Below, in pieces: positions 7,934-17,758 of a DNA stretch of 48,951 nt. The DNA comes from an uncultured Methanosarcinales archaeon. GTDB taxonomy: Archaea; Nanobdellota; Nanobdellia; Woesearchaeales; GW2011-AR4. The stretch is from the NCBI GenBank assembly GCA_964564925.1, contig CAZMBY010000004.1, forward strand, positions 12,892 to 61,842, given 5' to 3'. Within the stretch, counting starts at the first letter, position 1. Every line of letters starts with the position of its first letter. The position numbers and the translations under genes are program-made. The notes under the pieces were generated by a model. That model saw nothing but the letters and a program-made list of their open reading frames with translations, did no database searches and was not told the DNA's origin.

Positions 7934-9859
7934 CTAAATCTCAGTCTTCACTTTCCTGCTGTCAATATTCTTAGAAACTTTCTTGACAAATTCATCAACA
8001 TTGAAGTCAAAATAAACCTTGTTGTCCATTGTCCGTATTGCTATTGTCTTGTTTTTCTCCTCTTTCTCGCCAATAGTGACTATTAACGGAATCTTGTGGG
8101 CTTGAGCTTCCCTAACCTTGTAGCTTACGCTTTCAGTCCTTGAATCGAGCTCAACCCTGAAATTGTTCTTCTCAAATTTTTCCTTGATTTCTTTGGCATA
8201 TCCATCAAACCTATCGGAAACAGTTAGAATCTTTATCTGGACGGGAGCAAGCCATAAAGGCAGCTTGCCAGAGTAATGCTCGACTAAAATCCCGATGAAC
8301 CTTTCAAGGCTTCCGAGCAAAGCTCGATGAATCATGACAACCTTGTGCTTTGAATTGTCAGCCCCCACATAAGTTGCATCAAACCGCTTGGGCAATTGGA
8401 AATCCAACTGTATAGTGGACAATTGCCAGCTTCTTCCAATAGCATCCTTTATGTGGAAGTCTATTTTTGGCCCATAGAATGCCCCTTCTCCCATCTTTAT
8501 CTCATATTTTATCTCCTTATTTTCAAGCGAATTTTTCAAGCTCTGCTCTGCCTTTTCCCATGTCTTGGTGTCGCCCATGAATTTTTCAGGCCTAGTACTC
8601 AGCTCAACCTTGTATTCGAAGTCAAAAGTCTCATTGAAAATAAATTTAATAAAATCCAGAATCCTGAAAATCTCCTCTTCTATCTGCTCTGGCGCAAGAA
8701 AAATATGAGCGTCATCCTGGGACATTTTTCGGACTCTTGTCAATCCCGCCAACACTCCTGAAAGCTCGTTCCTGTGCAAAGGAGCAAAATCAGCAATTCT
8801 CAAAGGCAATTCACGATAGCTTCTTGATTTTGAATTGTAGATCAGCAGATGCGACGGGCAGTTCATCGGCTTCAGGGCGTAATCTTTGCCCTCTGACTGA
8901 AGAGTGAACATATGTTCCCTGAAATGCTCCCAATGGCCTGAAGTAGTCCACAAGGATTTGTCATACAAAAGAGGTGTTATGACTTCGTGGTACCCCCTTT
9001 TCTTGTACTCTTCCCTGATAAAATTTAAAAGCTGATTATAAATGATAGCGCCTTTGGGATAAAAAAATGGAGCGCCTGGGCTCTCCTCAAAGAAATTGAA
9101 CCACTCAAGCTCTTTTCCAATTTTCCTGTGGTCTCTTTTCTCAGCTTCCTCAACCATCTTCAAGTGGCTGTCAAGCATTGATTTTTCCGGAAAGCTTATG
9201 CCGTAGATTCTTTGGAGCTGCTCGTTGCTTGAGTCGCCTTTCCAGTAAGCAGATGAGATTTTTGTCAGCTTCAATCCCTTCATCCTGCCTGTGTTCGGAA
9301 TGTGCGGGCCCCTGCAAAGGTCAACAAAGTCTCCCTGCTTGTATGCGCTCAAGGGCTGGTTACTTTCAACAAATTCTTTGATAAGCTCAAGCTTGAACTT
9401 ATTCTCCTTGAACATTTTTTTTGCTTCATGCTCATTCAGCTCGAGCCTTTCAACTTTGAAATTCTTATCTGCAATATCCTTCATCCTCTGCTCTAATTTC
9501 AAAAGGTCTTCGGGAGTGAAATGGTGGTTTATTCCAAAATCATAATAGAATCCTTCCTCAACAACCGGCCCTATTGTTGGCTTTGCTTCAGGGAACAAAT
9601 CAACAACAGCATGCGCAAGAAGATGCGCAGTGCTGTGCCTGAATGTTTCAACTCCTTCCTTGTCATTGTATGTAATGATTTGCAGATTTGAATCTTCATT
9701 TATTGGAACAAATAAATCCTTAAGCTTGCCATTTATCCTTGCAATCAACGCATCTTCCCCCAGCCTTTTTCCTATTTCGAATGCAATTTGTCCCGCAGTT
9801 GCTCCTTTTGGAAACTCCTTTACGCTCCCGTCAGGCAATGTTATCTTGATTTTTGACAT
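7934..9859 (-). CDS. thrS: Threonine--tRNA ligase, bacterial type (TGS, tRNA_SAD editing, class II core and anticodon-binding domains)
   Basis: FRHSTAHLLAHAV, DLCRGPH, KPMNCPSH, QDDAHIF, FYGPKIDF, QLDFQLP and HRALLGSLERFIGIL. Confidence 0.97.
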   Translation of the reverse strand: MSKIKITLPDGSVKEFPKGATAGQIAFEIGKRLGEDALIARINGKLKDLFVPINEDSNLQIITYNDKEGVETFRHSTAHLLAHAVVDLFPEAKPTIGPVVEEGFYYDFGINHHFTPEDLLKLEQRMKDIADKNFKVERLELNEHEAKKMFKENKFKLELIKEFVESNQPLSAYKQGDFVDLCRGPHIPNTGRMKGLKLTKISSAYWKGDSSNEQLQRIYGISFPEKSMLDSHLKMVEEAEKRDHRKIGKELEWFNFFEESPGAPFFYPKGAIIYNQLLNFIREEYKKRGYHEVITPLLYDKSLWTTSGHWEHFREHMFTLQSEGKDYALKPMNCPSHLLIYNSKSRSYRELPLRIADFAPLHRNELSGVLAGLTRVRKMSQDDAHIFLAPEQIEEEIFRILDFIKFIFNETFDFEYKVELSTRPEKFMGDTKTWEKAEQSLKNSLENKEIKYEIKMGEGAFYGPKIDFHIKDAIGRSWQLSTIQLDFQLPKRFDATYVGADNSKHKVVMIHRALLGSLERFIGILVEHYSGKLPLWLAPVQIKILTVSDRFDGYAKEIKEKFEKNNFRVELDSRTESVSYKVREAQAHKIPLIVTIGEKEEKNKTIAIRTMDNKVYFDFNVDEFVKKVSKNIDSRKVKTEI

Positions 9860-9937
9860 TTTATGATTCGGTTTTTATTTTGTTTTAAAAAGCTTATTGA
9901 AATCAAAAAAAAACAGATTTAAGGAAATGAGCAGCGT

Positions 9938-10003
9938 TTAAGCTGTTGCAGTTGTAGAAGTTGTGAAAGTGCAGCCAATTCGGCAAAAACTGTCTTGTTG
10001 CAT
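9938..10003 (-). CDS. Putative Thr-rich leader peptide/uORF upstream of thrS (MQQDSFCRIGCTFTTSTTATA)
   Basis: ATG 10003 to TAA 9938. Six Thr codons in the last 10. The ATG lies 24 nt downstream of a minus-strand TTTAAATA box. A T9 tract follows at 9913-9905. Confidence 0.5.
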   Translation of the reverse strand: MQQDSFCRIGCTFTTSTTATA

Positions 10004-10026
10004 GATAGCCAAAATTGCACAATATA

Positions 10027-10084
10027 TATTTAAATGTTTCGCATTAGCTTGCTTAAGCTCCAATTTTTCCGAAACATTTATAAA
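10027..10084. promoter_or_regulatory. Back-to-back divergent BRE/TATA promoters (thrS side and abrB/vWA operon side)
   Basis: CGAAACA-TTTAAATA on the minus strand (10041-10027) and CGAAACA-TTTATAAA on the plus strand (10070-10084), together forming an 11-bp inverted repeat. Confidence 0.65.
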
Positions 10085-10145
10085 TATTAATTTTAATAAT
10101 AATAAAATATATTGTAATTTTATTAAAAATAATAAACTTAATAAC

Positions 10146-10349
10146 ATGGAGCCAAAATTCATTGGGAAAGCCAGGCTGACCAAGCAGGGCCAATTGACCA
10201 TGCCGCAGGAAGCGAGGCAGGATTTAAGAATATCTGCAGAATCTGAAGTTTACTGGTACGAATTCAATGATGTTCTTATACTGGCAAAAGAAATTGTTAA
10301 CCCAAAAGATCTGATTGATGGGGTATTGAATAAAAAAAGAAGGAAGTAA
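10146..10349 (+). CDS. AbrB/MazE/SpoVT-family small DNA-binding protein
   Basis: MEPKFIGKARLTKQGQLTMPQEARQDLRI matches the AbrB pattern. ATG 10146 is preferred over the ORF-track start. Confidence 0.8.
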   Translation: MEPKFIGKARLTKQGQLTMPQEARQDLRISAESEVYWYEFNDVLILAKEIVNPKDLIDGVLNKKRRK

Positions 10350-10350
10350 A

Positions 10351-12225
10351 ATGGTGGCTTTACCTTTCCAGAGGCCCTTGGGGCTGTTGGCTTTGATAGG
10401 GGTAGCTATTTTTGTCTTGCTTTACCTTAGAAGGCCAAAACCCCAGGATAAGGTGATTCCTTCCCTTATGTTCATCATGAAGGACAATAAACGGTCAAAA
10501 CAGTACTCATTCTTCCAGAAATTAATGACTAATCTGCTGTTCTTGCTGCAATTGCTCACAATCTTGGGCTTGTGCCTTGTTGCGGCCGCTCCGTTTGTCC
10601 AATTAAAATATGATGAAACATTGGAAAATACAGTGATAATTTTGGACGTGAGTGCCTCTATGCAGGCAAAAGAGGATGGAGTTTCAAGATTTGACAAAGC
10701 CATAGCAGAAGCAAGAAAGGCTGTGAGCGGCAGGAACACAATAATCATGGCTGAAAATATCCCATTGATTGTTTTGGAAAATGAGAATAGCGAGTTAGCG
10801 CTGGACATCCTTTCAAAGATTAAGCCAAGGGTGTCAACTACAAATCTTGGAGATGCATTGCTCCTTGCAAAGGATATACTTGGCAATAATCCCGGAAGGA
10901 TAGTTGTCTTGAGCGATTTCCTTACAACAGAAGGGCCTGATGTCGAGGTTGTGAAGGCAGCCCTGGCATCAGAGGACAAGATTGTTGATTTTGTGGATGT
11001 GTCAAACAAGGCAAGAAATATGGGCATTGTAAAACTTGAAGTAACTAAATACAACACAAAAGTTTATGTAAAAAATTTTGACAGCGAGCAAAAGCAGACA
11101 ACGATAAAGGTTTTGAAAGACAATAAGTTAATTACCCAGACTGAAGTGAAAATAGCCCCTAATTCCATTGAGAACTTTGTCTTTGACACGCCTGCCGGCA
11201 TATCAAAAGTGGAGCTGGAGCCAAAAGATGATCTTGAGGCTGACGATTTCGCATACATTGCAACTCCGCAAAAAATAAGAAACTCGGTGCTGCTCATAAC
11301 AAATGAAAGATTGAGCAATCTTGAGCATGCCTTGGAAGCTGCCAAGGATGTAGAATTGAATGTCGTGCACCCGCCTGTTCTAGAGATTAATTCAAAAAAA
11401 GAGAGGATAGAGCCTTATTCACATGACATCATCATAGTCTATAAAATCAATAACGCCAACAAAAAGGAAGGGATTCTGCCAGGGGCATTTGATGACATAA
11501 GGAAATATGTTGAAAAAGGCGGCAGTTTGGTCATAGCAGCCCAGGATGACTTGAAGGACATTGACACAAAAGAGCTGCTCCCGGTGGAGTTGAAAAGCAA
11601 AATGAGCAAGACGACAAAAGCCTGCGTCGAAACGATAAATCAAATCACAAAACAGTTTGAAAAAGAGAAATGCTTTACCGCAACATCATCCTATTTCGGA
11701 GCCGAGGCAAAAAAAGGCACAATTACATTTGTGTCTGCGGACGACAAAAGTCCAATAATCGTTTATGGCGAGAACAAGAAAGGCAAGAGCGTCTATTACG
11801 GGCTCATGGATGACTTAAGCGACTTCGAGACTCTGCCTTCCTACCCAATATTCTGGAACTCGCTGATAAATTTCATGGTGGGAACCGAGGACATCAAGGA
11901 CTTCAACTACAAGACTGGAAGGATAGTGACAATTAGCGAGCAAAAAGTAAAGACGCCTTCTTCAAGCATCACAACTTCCAAGCTTATGATGGACGAAGCT
12001 GGAATTTACGAATTCGACAGCAAGAAAATTGCGGTTAACCTTCTTGACGAAAAGGAATCAGACATAAGCATACCAACTAAGATTGAGAAGCAGGAAGAGC
12101 GGGAAAGGCTGCTTGGTAGGGAGAGCAAAGAGCATGATTTCAACATTGAGCTTCCGATACTTCTTCTGGTCCTTGTGCTCATTCTGGCAGAGTTTTTTTA
12201 CATAAAAATAAGAGGTGACTTATGA
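10351..12225 (+). CDS. BatA-domain/vWA membrane protein with a class I GATase-like domain
   Basis: N-terminal BatA motif (LLYLRRPKPQDKVIPSLMFI), MIDAS-like ILDVSASM, a Rossmann-like middle domain and a C-terminal TM helix. Confidence 0.85.
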   Translation: MVALPFQRPLGLLALIGVAIFVLLYLRRPKPQDKVIPSLMFIMKDNKRSKQYSFFQKLMTNLLFLLQLLTILGLCLVAAAPFVQLKYDETLENTVIILDVSASMQAKEDGVSRFDKAIAEARKAVSGRNTIIMAENIPLIVLENENSELALDILSKIKPRVSTTNLGDALLLAKDILGNNPGRIVVLSDFLTTEGPDVEVVKAALASEDKIVDFVDVSNKARNMGIVKLEVTKYNTKVYVKNFDSEQKQTTIKVLKDNKLITQTEVKIAPNSIENFVFDTPAGISKVELEPKDDLEADDFAYIATPQKIRNSVLLITNERLSNLEHALEAAKDVELNVVHPPVLEINSKKERIEPYSHDIIIVYKINNANKKEGILPGAFDDIRKYVEKGGSLVIAAQDDLKDIDTKELLPVELKSKMSKTTKACVETINQITKQFEKEKCFTATSSYFGAEAKKGTITFVSADDKSPIIVYGENKKGKSVYYGLMDDLSDFETLPSYPIFWNSLINFMVGTEDIKDFNYKTGRIVTISEQKVKTPSSSITTSKLMMDEAGIYEFDSKKIAVNLLDEKESDISIPTKIEKQEERERLLGRESKEHDFNIELPILLLVLVLILAEFFYIKIRGDL

Positions 12226-14684
12226 CTTTTATAATCCCTGATTACAGCAAGGTATACTGCCTGTCGAAATATTGTGTCAGGTATTCTTATATTTTGATAG
12301 CGATCATTCCAGTGCTCTTGGTGATATTCTGGTTCACGCGAAAGACGTTTGTGAAATTCACCAACAAGTTTGAGCTTGAGCAATACCTAAAGTCAAAAAG
12401 GACTGACAGAAGGATAATCCTCTTTTTAAGGAGCCTTGCAATAATCTTCCTTATGCTTGCGATAGCGTCACCTTTTGTTCTAGAAAGCAAGACGGTTCCC
12501 GGCGACCCAAGATTGACGATTCTTGTGGACAATTCAAGTTCGATGGTATTATACAACCCGAACATGGCTTACGACCTTTATAAGAAGCTTGAAGGGGTTA
12601 TCCCTGTGAACATAAGGACCATAGCAAATGGAGAATCCTCATCTATCGGAAATGGAATATTGAACAACATTGAGGGAGATGACAATGTTTTGGTCATAAG
12701 CGATGGAGTGAATAATGAGGGCAAACTGCTTGGCGACATAATGCTTTTCGCATCAAACATAAACTCGTCTGTCAGCACATTGAGGATGGACTCATTGAAA
12801 AGCGATGTTGGCGTTACAATCCAAGGCCCGGAAGAGATTATAAAGGACACAGAAGGCGACTTTGCTGTCAAGGTATCTGTTGTTGGAAACAACATTCCTT
12901 ACACTCTGCAGGTTTTTGCAGATGACTCGACTCTGATAATGGAGGAGCAGGCAGTTTCATCAGCAGAGCATATTTTTTCAAGAAAATTCCCGGAAGGGGA
13001 ATATCATAAGCTTACAGCAAAGCTTCTCGATGTTGGCAGCGACGACTATTTCAGCAATAATAATGTCTTCTACAAGAGCGTAAAGATAGTGCAAAGGCCG
13101 AAGGTTCTTTATGTGACTGACGAAAACTCGCCATTGGCAGATCATCTGAACAATATATATGAGCTTGAGGAAACAACAACAATACCGAATGACTTATCAG
13201 GATACATGGCAGTCATCCTCAACGACATCAGGGCAGTAAAAATTGCCTCTTCTGTAAACCAATTAAGCGATTATGTCTCAGACGGGAACGGCCTTATATT
13301 TATCGGCGGAGAAAGCTCATTTGACAGGGGAAACTATAAGGGGAGCTATCTTGAAACTTTGCTGCCTGTCAAAATTGGCGCAAGCGAGGAGCAGAATAAA
13401 AGCGACATAAACATTGTTATTGTCATAGACATATCGCAGGGAACTGAAGACTATATCGCAGTGGAGAAAGCGCTTGCATTAAGTGTTGTTGACAGCTTAA
13501 GCGAGAAAAATAATGTGGGTGCGCTTGCATTTGGCTTTACCCCGTGCCAGGCTTTTGTTATACAAGAGCCAAAGCTCCTGAAGGAAATAAAGAACGACCT
13601 GAAGAATAAAATTTCACGCCTGAAATTTGATGGCCAATCATGCTTTGACATCGGTATACAGGGCGGATTCCAGGTATTGAGCAAAGTTGGCGGCTCCAAA
13701 AACATAATTTTTATTAGTGATGGCAAAACAACATACAACAAGCTAAGGGAGGACACGCTTAACCTCGTCAGGACTGTCAATGCGAAAGGCGTCAAGGTAT
13801 TTGTTGTTGGAATAGGCACAGAAACAGACGCGTTGTCGACCGACAACAACCTATTCCTGGCAAACATAGCAACTCTTGGCGAAGGCATTTACTACAAGGC
13901 AGACGCTTCCAACAAGCTTAAAGTGCAGTTTGGAGACAGGGACGAATCACAAGGGGAGGAATTCTACAACACGCTTGTTCCAATTGACACATCGCATTTC
14001 ATTACCCTCGGAATGGATGATATGCAGGCAACTGTAAGCGGCTATAATTATGCCATTCCAAAGCCTGCAGCAAGGCTTCTTGTGACAACCCACAAAAACA
14101 TTCCAATATTGGTTGTATGGCGCTTTGGGCTTGGCAGGGTAGTCACCTTAATGACGGACGACGGCTTAAAATGGGGAGGCGACTTGCTGACCAAACAGAA
14201 TTCCAAGCTTATTACAAAAAGCATCAATTGGGCCATAGGGGACCTTGGAAGGAAGAAAGCCTATGATGTCAAAATCAGGGACACAGTTATTGGCAAATCC
14301 ACAGGTGTCAATGTCATATCAAGGGATATGCCCCAGGCCTCGGGCCTGTCATTCGCAAAAATCGACACTAATTTATACTCTGCGATACATGAGCCAAAAG
14401 AAACTGGCTTTAAGGAAATCTTAGGAGCGACGTTTGCTGTCAATTACAATGATGAGTATGCAAACCTGGGATTGAACAAGGAGTTCACGGCGCTTGTGCA
14501 AAAAACAGGCGGCAAGATATTCGAGCCTGGCGATATAAACGGAATCCTTGAATTTGTCAAGGCAAAGTCAAAAAGAATAAAAATTGAAAGCCAGGATTAC
14601 AGGTGGCCATTTGCAATCATAGCAATGCTGTTGTTTTTATCAGAAATTGCAATAAGAAGATACAGGGAGAATATCCAGAAATAG
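12222..14684 (+). CDS. vWA domain membrane protein with a GATase-like domain
   Basis: LVDNSSSM and VIDISQG vWA motifs, FISDGK, LPVK GATase-like segment, WRFGLGRV, and TM helices at both ends; ATGA overlap with the upstream gene. Confidence 0.85.
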   Translation: MTFIIPDYSKVYCLSKYCVRYSYILIAIIPVLLVIFWFTRKTFVKFTNKFELEQYLKSKRTDRRIILFLRSLAIIFLMLAIASPFVLESKTVPGDPRLTILVDNSSSMVLYNPNMAYDLYKKLEGVIPVNIRTIANGESSSIGNGILNNIEGDDNVLVISDGVNNEGKLLGDIMLFASNINSSVSTLRMDSLKSDVGVTIQGPEEIIKDTEGDFAVKVSVVGNNIPYTLQVFADDSTLIMEEQAVSSAEHIFSRKFPEGEYHKLTAKLLDVGSDDYFSNNNVFYKSVKIVQRPKVLYVTDENSPLADHLNNIYELEETTTIPNDLSGYMAVILNDIRAVKIASSVNQLSDYVSDGNGLIFIGGESSFDRGNYKGSYLETLLPVKIGASEEQNKSDINIVIVIDISQGTEDYIAVEKALALSVVDSLSEKNNVGALAFGFTPCQAFVIQEPKLLKEIKNDLKNKISRLKFDGQSCFDIGIQGGFQVLSKVGGSKNIIFISDGKTTYNKLREDTLNLVRTVNAKGVKVFVVGIGTETDALSTDNNLFLANIATLGEGIYYKADASNKLKVQFGDRDESQGEEFYNTLVPIDTSHFITLGMDDMQATVSGYNYAIPKPAARLLVTTHKNIPILVVWRFGLGRVVTLMTDDGLKWGGDLLTKQNSKLITKSINWAIGDLGRKKAYDVKIRDTVIGKSTGVNVISRDMPQASGLSFAKIDTNLYSAIHEPKETGFKEILGATFAVNYNDEYANLGLNKEFTALVQKTGGKIFEPGDINGILEFVKAKSKRIKIESQDYRWPFAIIAMLLFLSEIAIRRYRENIQK

Positions 14685-14795
14685 CTGAAATGATTAAATA
14701 AATAAACAAGTAATTAAAACATGCCAGAAATTGAAATGATATCGGATTAGCTCGTTGAAATTTATTGAAATCCACAAAAGCATAAACAGAATAAA

Positions 14796-15320
14796 ATGGC
14801 GGCAATGAAAAGGGATGTGAATGTTGGATTGTTGCTATTGATAGTTGCAGCGCTGCTCATGTTCAGCGGCTTCACTGTGTACTACCAAACCACTTTTAAA
14901 AACCTCTCAGTCACATACCAAAATGAATTGGCAGAGCTTGGTAAAGTGACTAAAGACCTTGAGTCAAAGAGGAGCCTTCTGAATGAAACCAGCGTCCAGC
15001 TTCAGCTTAAGCAGCAGAAGGAAGAGGACTTAAGCAAGAAGTTTACCGACGTGAGATCGGAACGTGACCAGCTAGACACTGACAAAAAAAAGCTTGAGCT
15101 TGACCTTGCAACCACCAAATCAACTTTGTCCAGCACAGAATCAAAATTAACGAGCACACAGAAGCAATTGGAAGATAAGCTCCTTCAGGTTGCTGATTTA
15201 AGCCAGCAGGTGCTGAACCTGAAGGCAGATGTGGACAAATTGCAGGACAAGGTTAATGACTTGGATGATGAAGCCGACTGCTTACGCGATAAACCGGATG
15301 CTGAAGAAGGAAGCTGCTAA
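14796..15320 (+). CDS. Membrane-anchored coiled-coil protein
   Basis: N-terminal TM helix followed by a heptad-rich region and a terminal CLRDKPDAEEGSC. Confidence 0.8.
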   Translation: MAAMKRDVNVGLLLLIVAALLMFSGFTVYYQTTFKNLSVTYQNELAELGKVTKDLESKRSLLNETSVQLQLKQQKEEDLSKKFTDVRSERDQLDTDKKKLELDLATTKSTLSSTESKLTSTQKQLEDKLLQVADLSQQVLNLKADVDKLQDKVNDLDDEADCLRDKPDAEEGSC

Positions 15321-15349
15321 AATTAATTTGTGTGCAGGTGATTATTGAC

Positions 15350-16120
15350 ATGAAACAATTTTCAAGTGTTGTTAAGGAAATCAACAGGACTTTAAACCAG
15401 CTGATATTTTTTGAGAATATTGTAAACACTACTTTGGTTTTTTTAGTGTTTTACCTCATACTATCAATTATTGACTTTAGCCCGCTGCTTGCATTGGTTC
15501 CGGCTTTGGCTTATCTTGCATTCTACTCCTATATGAGTTTCAAGTCGTACAAGCCATTGCTTATCGAAAACAAGTATGCGCCATTGAGGGAGAAGTTAAG
15601 GACAGCAACAGACAATTTGGGAATGCAAAGCCCGATCGTAGATGAGCTCGAGTATGAAGTCACAAGCGAGATGAAAAATGTAGGCCTGTCAATGTTCATC
15701 AACCCAAGAACTTTGTCGTACAAGATATTTGCAGTCATGCTCCTTTCATTCTTGATAATATTCAGCACTACCTTAAACCTCAAGCTTCTGGAGTTTGCAA
15801 GGGATAAGGTTCCTGACATATTTGACACAAGGGGCTTAAAAGGCGTTGGCAACTTTGTCGCGACGAAGCTCAACACAAGCGAAGACATCTATGGCAAGGA
15901 TGACGTTGCAAAACTGGGAGATAACGAGCTGAACATAAGGATAAAGCCTGTCGATTTTAAGGTGAATGTCAAAGAAGAAGGGGAGTCCGAGCAGAGAAAT
16001 TTTGAGACTGTCTTCCCACAGGAGATGATTTTGAAGGAGACAGCTGCTTATCAGGAGGACATCCCTCAGGAGCAGCAGGAGCTTGTAAAGAATTATTTTA
16101 AGAAATTGGCAGAAGGATAG
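15350..16120 (+). CDS. Conserved hypothetical membrane protein of MoxR/vWA loci
   Basis: AGGTG RBS before ATG 15350, three hydrophobic helices, LRTATDN motif, and C-terminal QQELVKNYFKKL. Confidence 0.75.
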   Translation: MKQFSSVVKEINRTLNQLIFFENIVNTTLVFLVFYLILSIIDFSPLLALVPALAYLAFYSYMSFKSYKPLLIENKYAPLREKLRTATDNLGMQSPIVDELEYEVTSEMKNVGLSMFINPRTLSYKIFAVMLLSFLIIFSTTLNLKLLEFARDKVPDIFDTRGLKGVGNFVATKLNTSEDIYGKDDVAKLGDNELNIRIKPVDFKVNVKEEGESEQRNFETVFPQEMILKETAAYQEDIPQEQQELVKNYFKKLAEG

Positions 16121-16259
16121 GGATAAAAAAGATTCAACGCATTGCTAAGGTAAACGTTAAGAAACAGCCCATTAAATGAAAATTATTATAAAATTGAGAA
16201 TTATAAGGAATCCTTTGAAATTGATAGAACTGGCAAACAAAATTTGAGGTGAGATTTAA

Positions 16260-17195
16260 ATGAAGAATTACAAGCAGATTTTTGACGAGCTTCAGAAGGA
16301 AACAGGCAAGATTATTGTTGGGCAGGAGAATGTTGTGGAGCAGATCCTGATTGCGATTTTGTGCGACGGAAATGCGCTGCTGGAAGGCTACCCCGGGCTG
16401 GCAAAGACATTGACTGTGAGGACGCTTGCGCAGCTTATGGACCTGAAGTTCAGCAGAATACAAAACACGCCTGATTTGATGCCGTCGGACATTACAGGGA
16501 CATACATCATTGAGGAAGTGTCCGGCAAGCGCCAGTTCAAATTCCAGCCTGGCCCTATTTTTTCAAATGTGGTGCTTGCGGACGAAATAAACAGGGCGAC
16601 TCCCAAGACCCAGTCCGCTCTTCTGGAAGCGATGCAGGAAAAGCAGGTTACAGTCGGAACAAATACTTTCAAGCTTGATTTGCCGTTCTTTGTTTTAGCG
16701 ACGATGAACCCAATTGAGCAAGAGGGGACATATCCCTTGCCGGAAGCACAGGCTGACAGGTTTTTGCTGAAGATAGCTGTAACCTATCCAACCTATGAGC
16801 AGGAATTGGAGATTGTTGACAGATATGCCGCAGAGGCAAAGGATCACAAATTAAAGGTTATGCTGAACAAAAACCACCTTTTGACACTTCAAGGATTGGT
16901 CAGGCAAGTTCCGATAGCAAACGACATAAAGCAGAGGGCTGTTAAGATTATTCTTGCAACAAGAACCAACAAGGAGGTCGTGCAGTATGGTGCATCGCCA
17001 AGGGCGTCGATAGGCCTGATTTTGGCTTCAAAAGCCAGAGCATTGATCCAAGGCAGGAATCATGTAAGCAACGAAGACTTGAATATACTGGCTTATCCAG
17101 TCTTGAGGCACAGAATCATATTGAACTTCGAGGCTGAAAGGAAAGGCATGACACATGACGATGCAATCAAGCACATATTGGAAAAAGTGAAGTGA
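16260..17195 (+). CDS. moxR: MoxR-family AAA+ ATPase
   Basis: Walker A EGYPGLAKT, RIQNTPDLMPSDITG, Walker B LADEINRATPKTQSALLEAMQE, NPIEQEGTYPLPEAQADRF and GASPRAS. Confidence 0.95.
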   Translation: MKNYKQIFDELQKETGKIIVGQENVVEQILIAILCDGNALLEGYPGLAKTLTVRTLAQLMDLKFSRIQNTPDLMPSDITGTYIIEEVSGKRQFKFQPGPIFSNVVLADEINRATPKTQSALLEAMQEKQVTVGTNTFKLDLPFFVLATMNPIEQEGTYPLPEAQADRFLLKIAVTYPTYEQELEIVDRYAAEAKDHKLKVMLNKNHLLTLQGLVRQVPIANDIKQRAVKIILATRTNKEVVQYGASPRASIGLILASKARALIQGRNHVSNEDLNILAYPVLRHRIILNFEAERKGMTHDDAIKHILEKVK

Positions 17196-17224
17196 GGTCT
17201 AGCTTTTAATCATCATAACTGAAA

Positions 17225-17734
17225 TTGAAAATGAGGTTATCAAGCACAGAGTTGAAAGTAATCTATGCGTGGCCTAATGGCGGCTGGGGTTACCATGTTA
17301 ATCCTGCAATCAAGCCAATTTGCGACAGCCTTGTAAGAAAAGGTGTTATGGAGGTTATTGGTAAGGCTGCATACAAGCCCCTTTTTTGGGAATACATGAC
17401 AAACCATGAGAAAATACCAAGAATGTCAGACAAGTACGGCAAGTCTATCCTGAATAGGCCAATCAATCAACTTGCTCCAGCTGAAAGAAAAATAAAAATT
17501 GAATACCAAAAGCTGCGCGGCAGGAGTTTTTATCTTGATTCGAGGTGTTTTAAATTTTATAGGTATAAGAAACGAACGTGGTGGATAGAGCATGATCCAG
17601 AGTATATTGGCTTGACAAAACAAGGTGTAAAAGAGCACGCAGAATTGATATTAAGGAATAAGCGATTTGTTAGACAGGATAAGGAGGAGTATAGGGATGT
17701 TAGGGATATTGATGATGACGACGGTTTTTTATAA
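17225..17734 (+). CDS. Hypothetical protein inserted between moxR and the DUF58 gene
   Basis: 169-aa ORF (start 17225 or 17231) with no recognisable family; aromatic/basic composition and an acidic tail. Confidence 0.6.
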   Translation: MKMRLSSTELKVIYAWPNGGWGYHVNPAIKPICDSLVRKGVMEVIGKAAYKPLFWEYMTNHEKIPRMSDKYGKSILNRPINQLAPAERKIKIEYQKLRGRSFYLDSRCFKFYRYKKRTWWIEHDPEYIGLTKQGVKEHAELILRNKRFVRQDKEEYRDVRDIDDDDGFL

Positions 17735-17758
17735 TCGTGAAGCAGACTGGAACTGAAG

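Noticed and set aside
10031-10080. 11-bp inverted repeat as a transposon end or operator
   Set aside because: It is explained more simply by two back-to-back copies of BRE plus TATA.
9938-10201. 87-aa ORF from the track
   Set aside because: Its upstream part runs through AT-rich promoter DNA and antisense to abrB. Only the last 21 codons from ATG 10003 are retained, as the candidate uORF.
14685-14795. CRISPR-like repeats (several TTGAAAT)
   Set aside because: Only a 7-mer recurs, with irregular spacing. There are no full-length repeats, spacers or cas genes.
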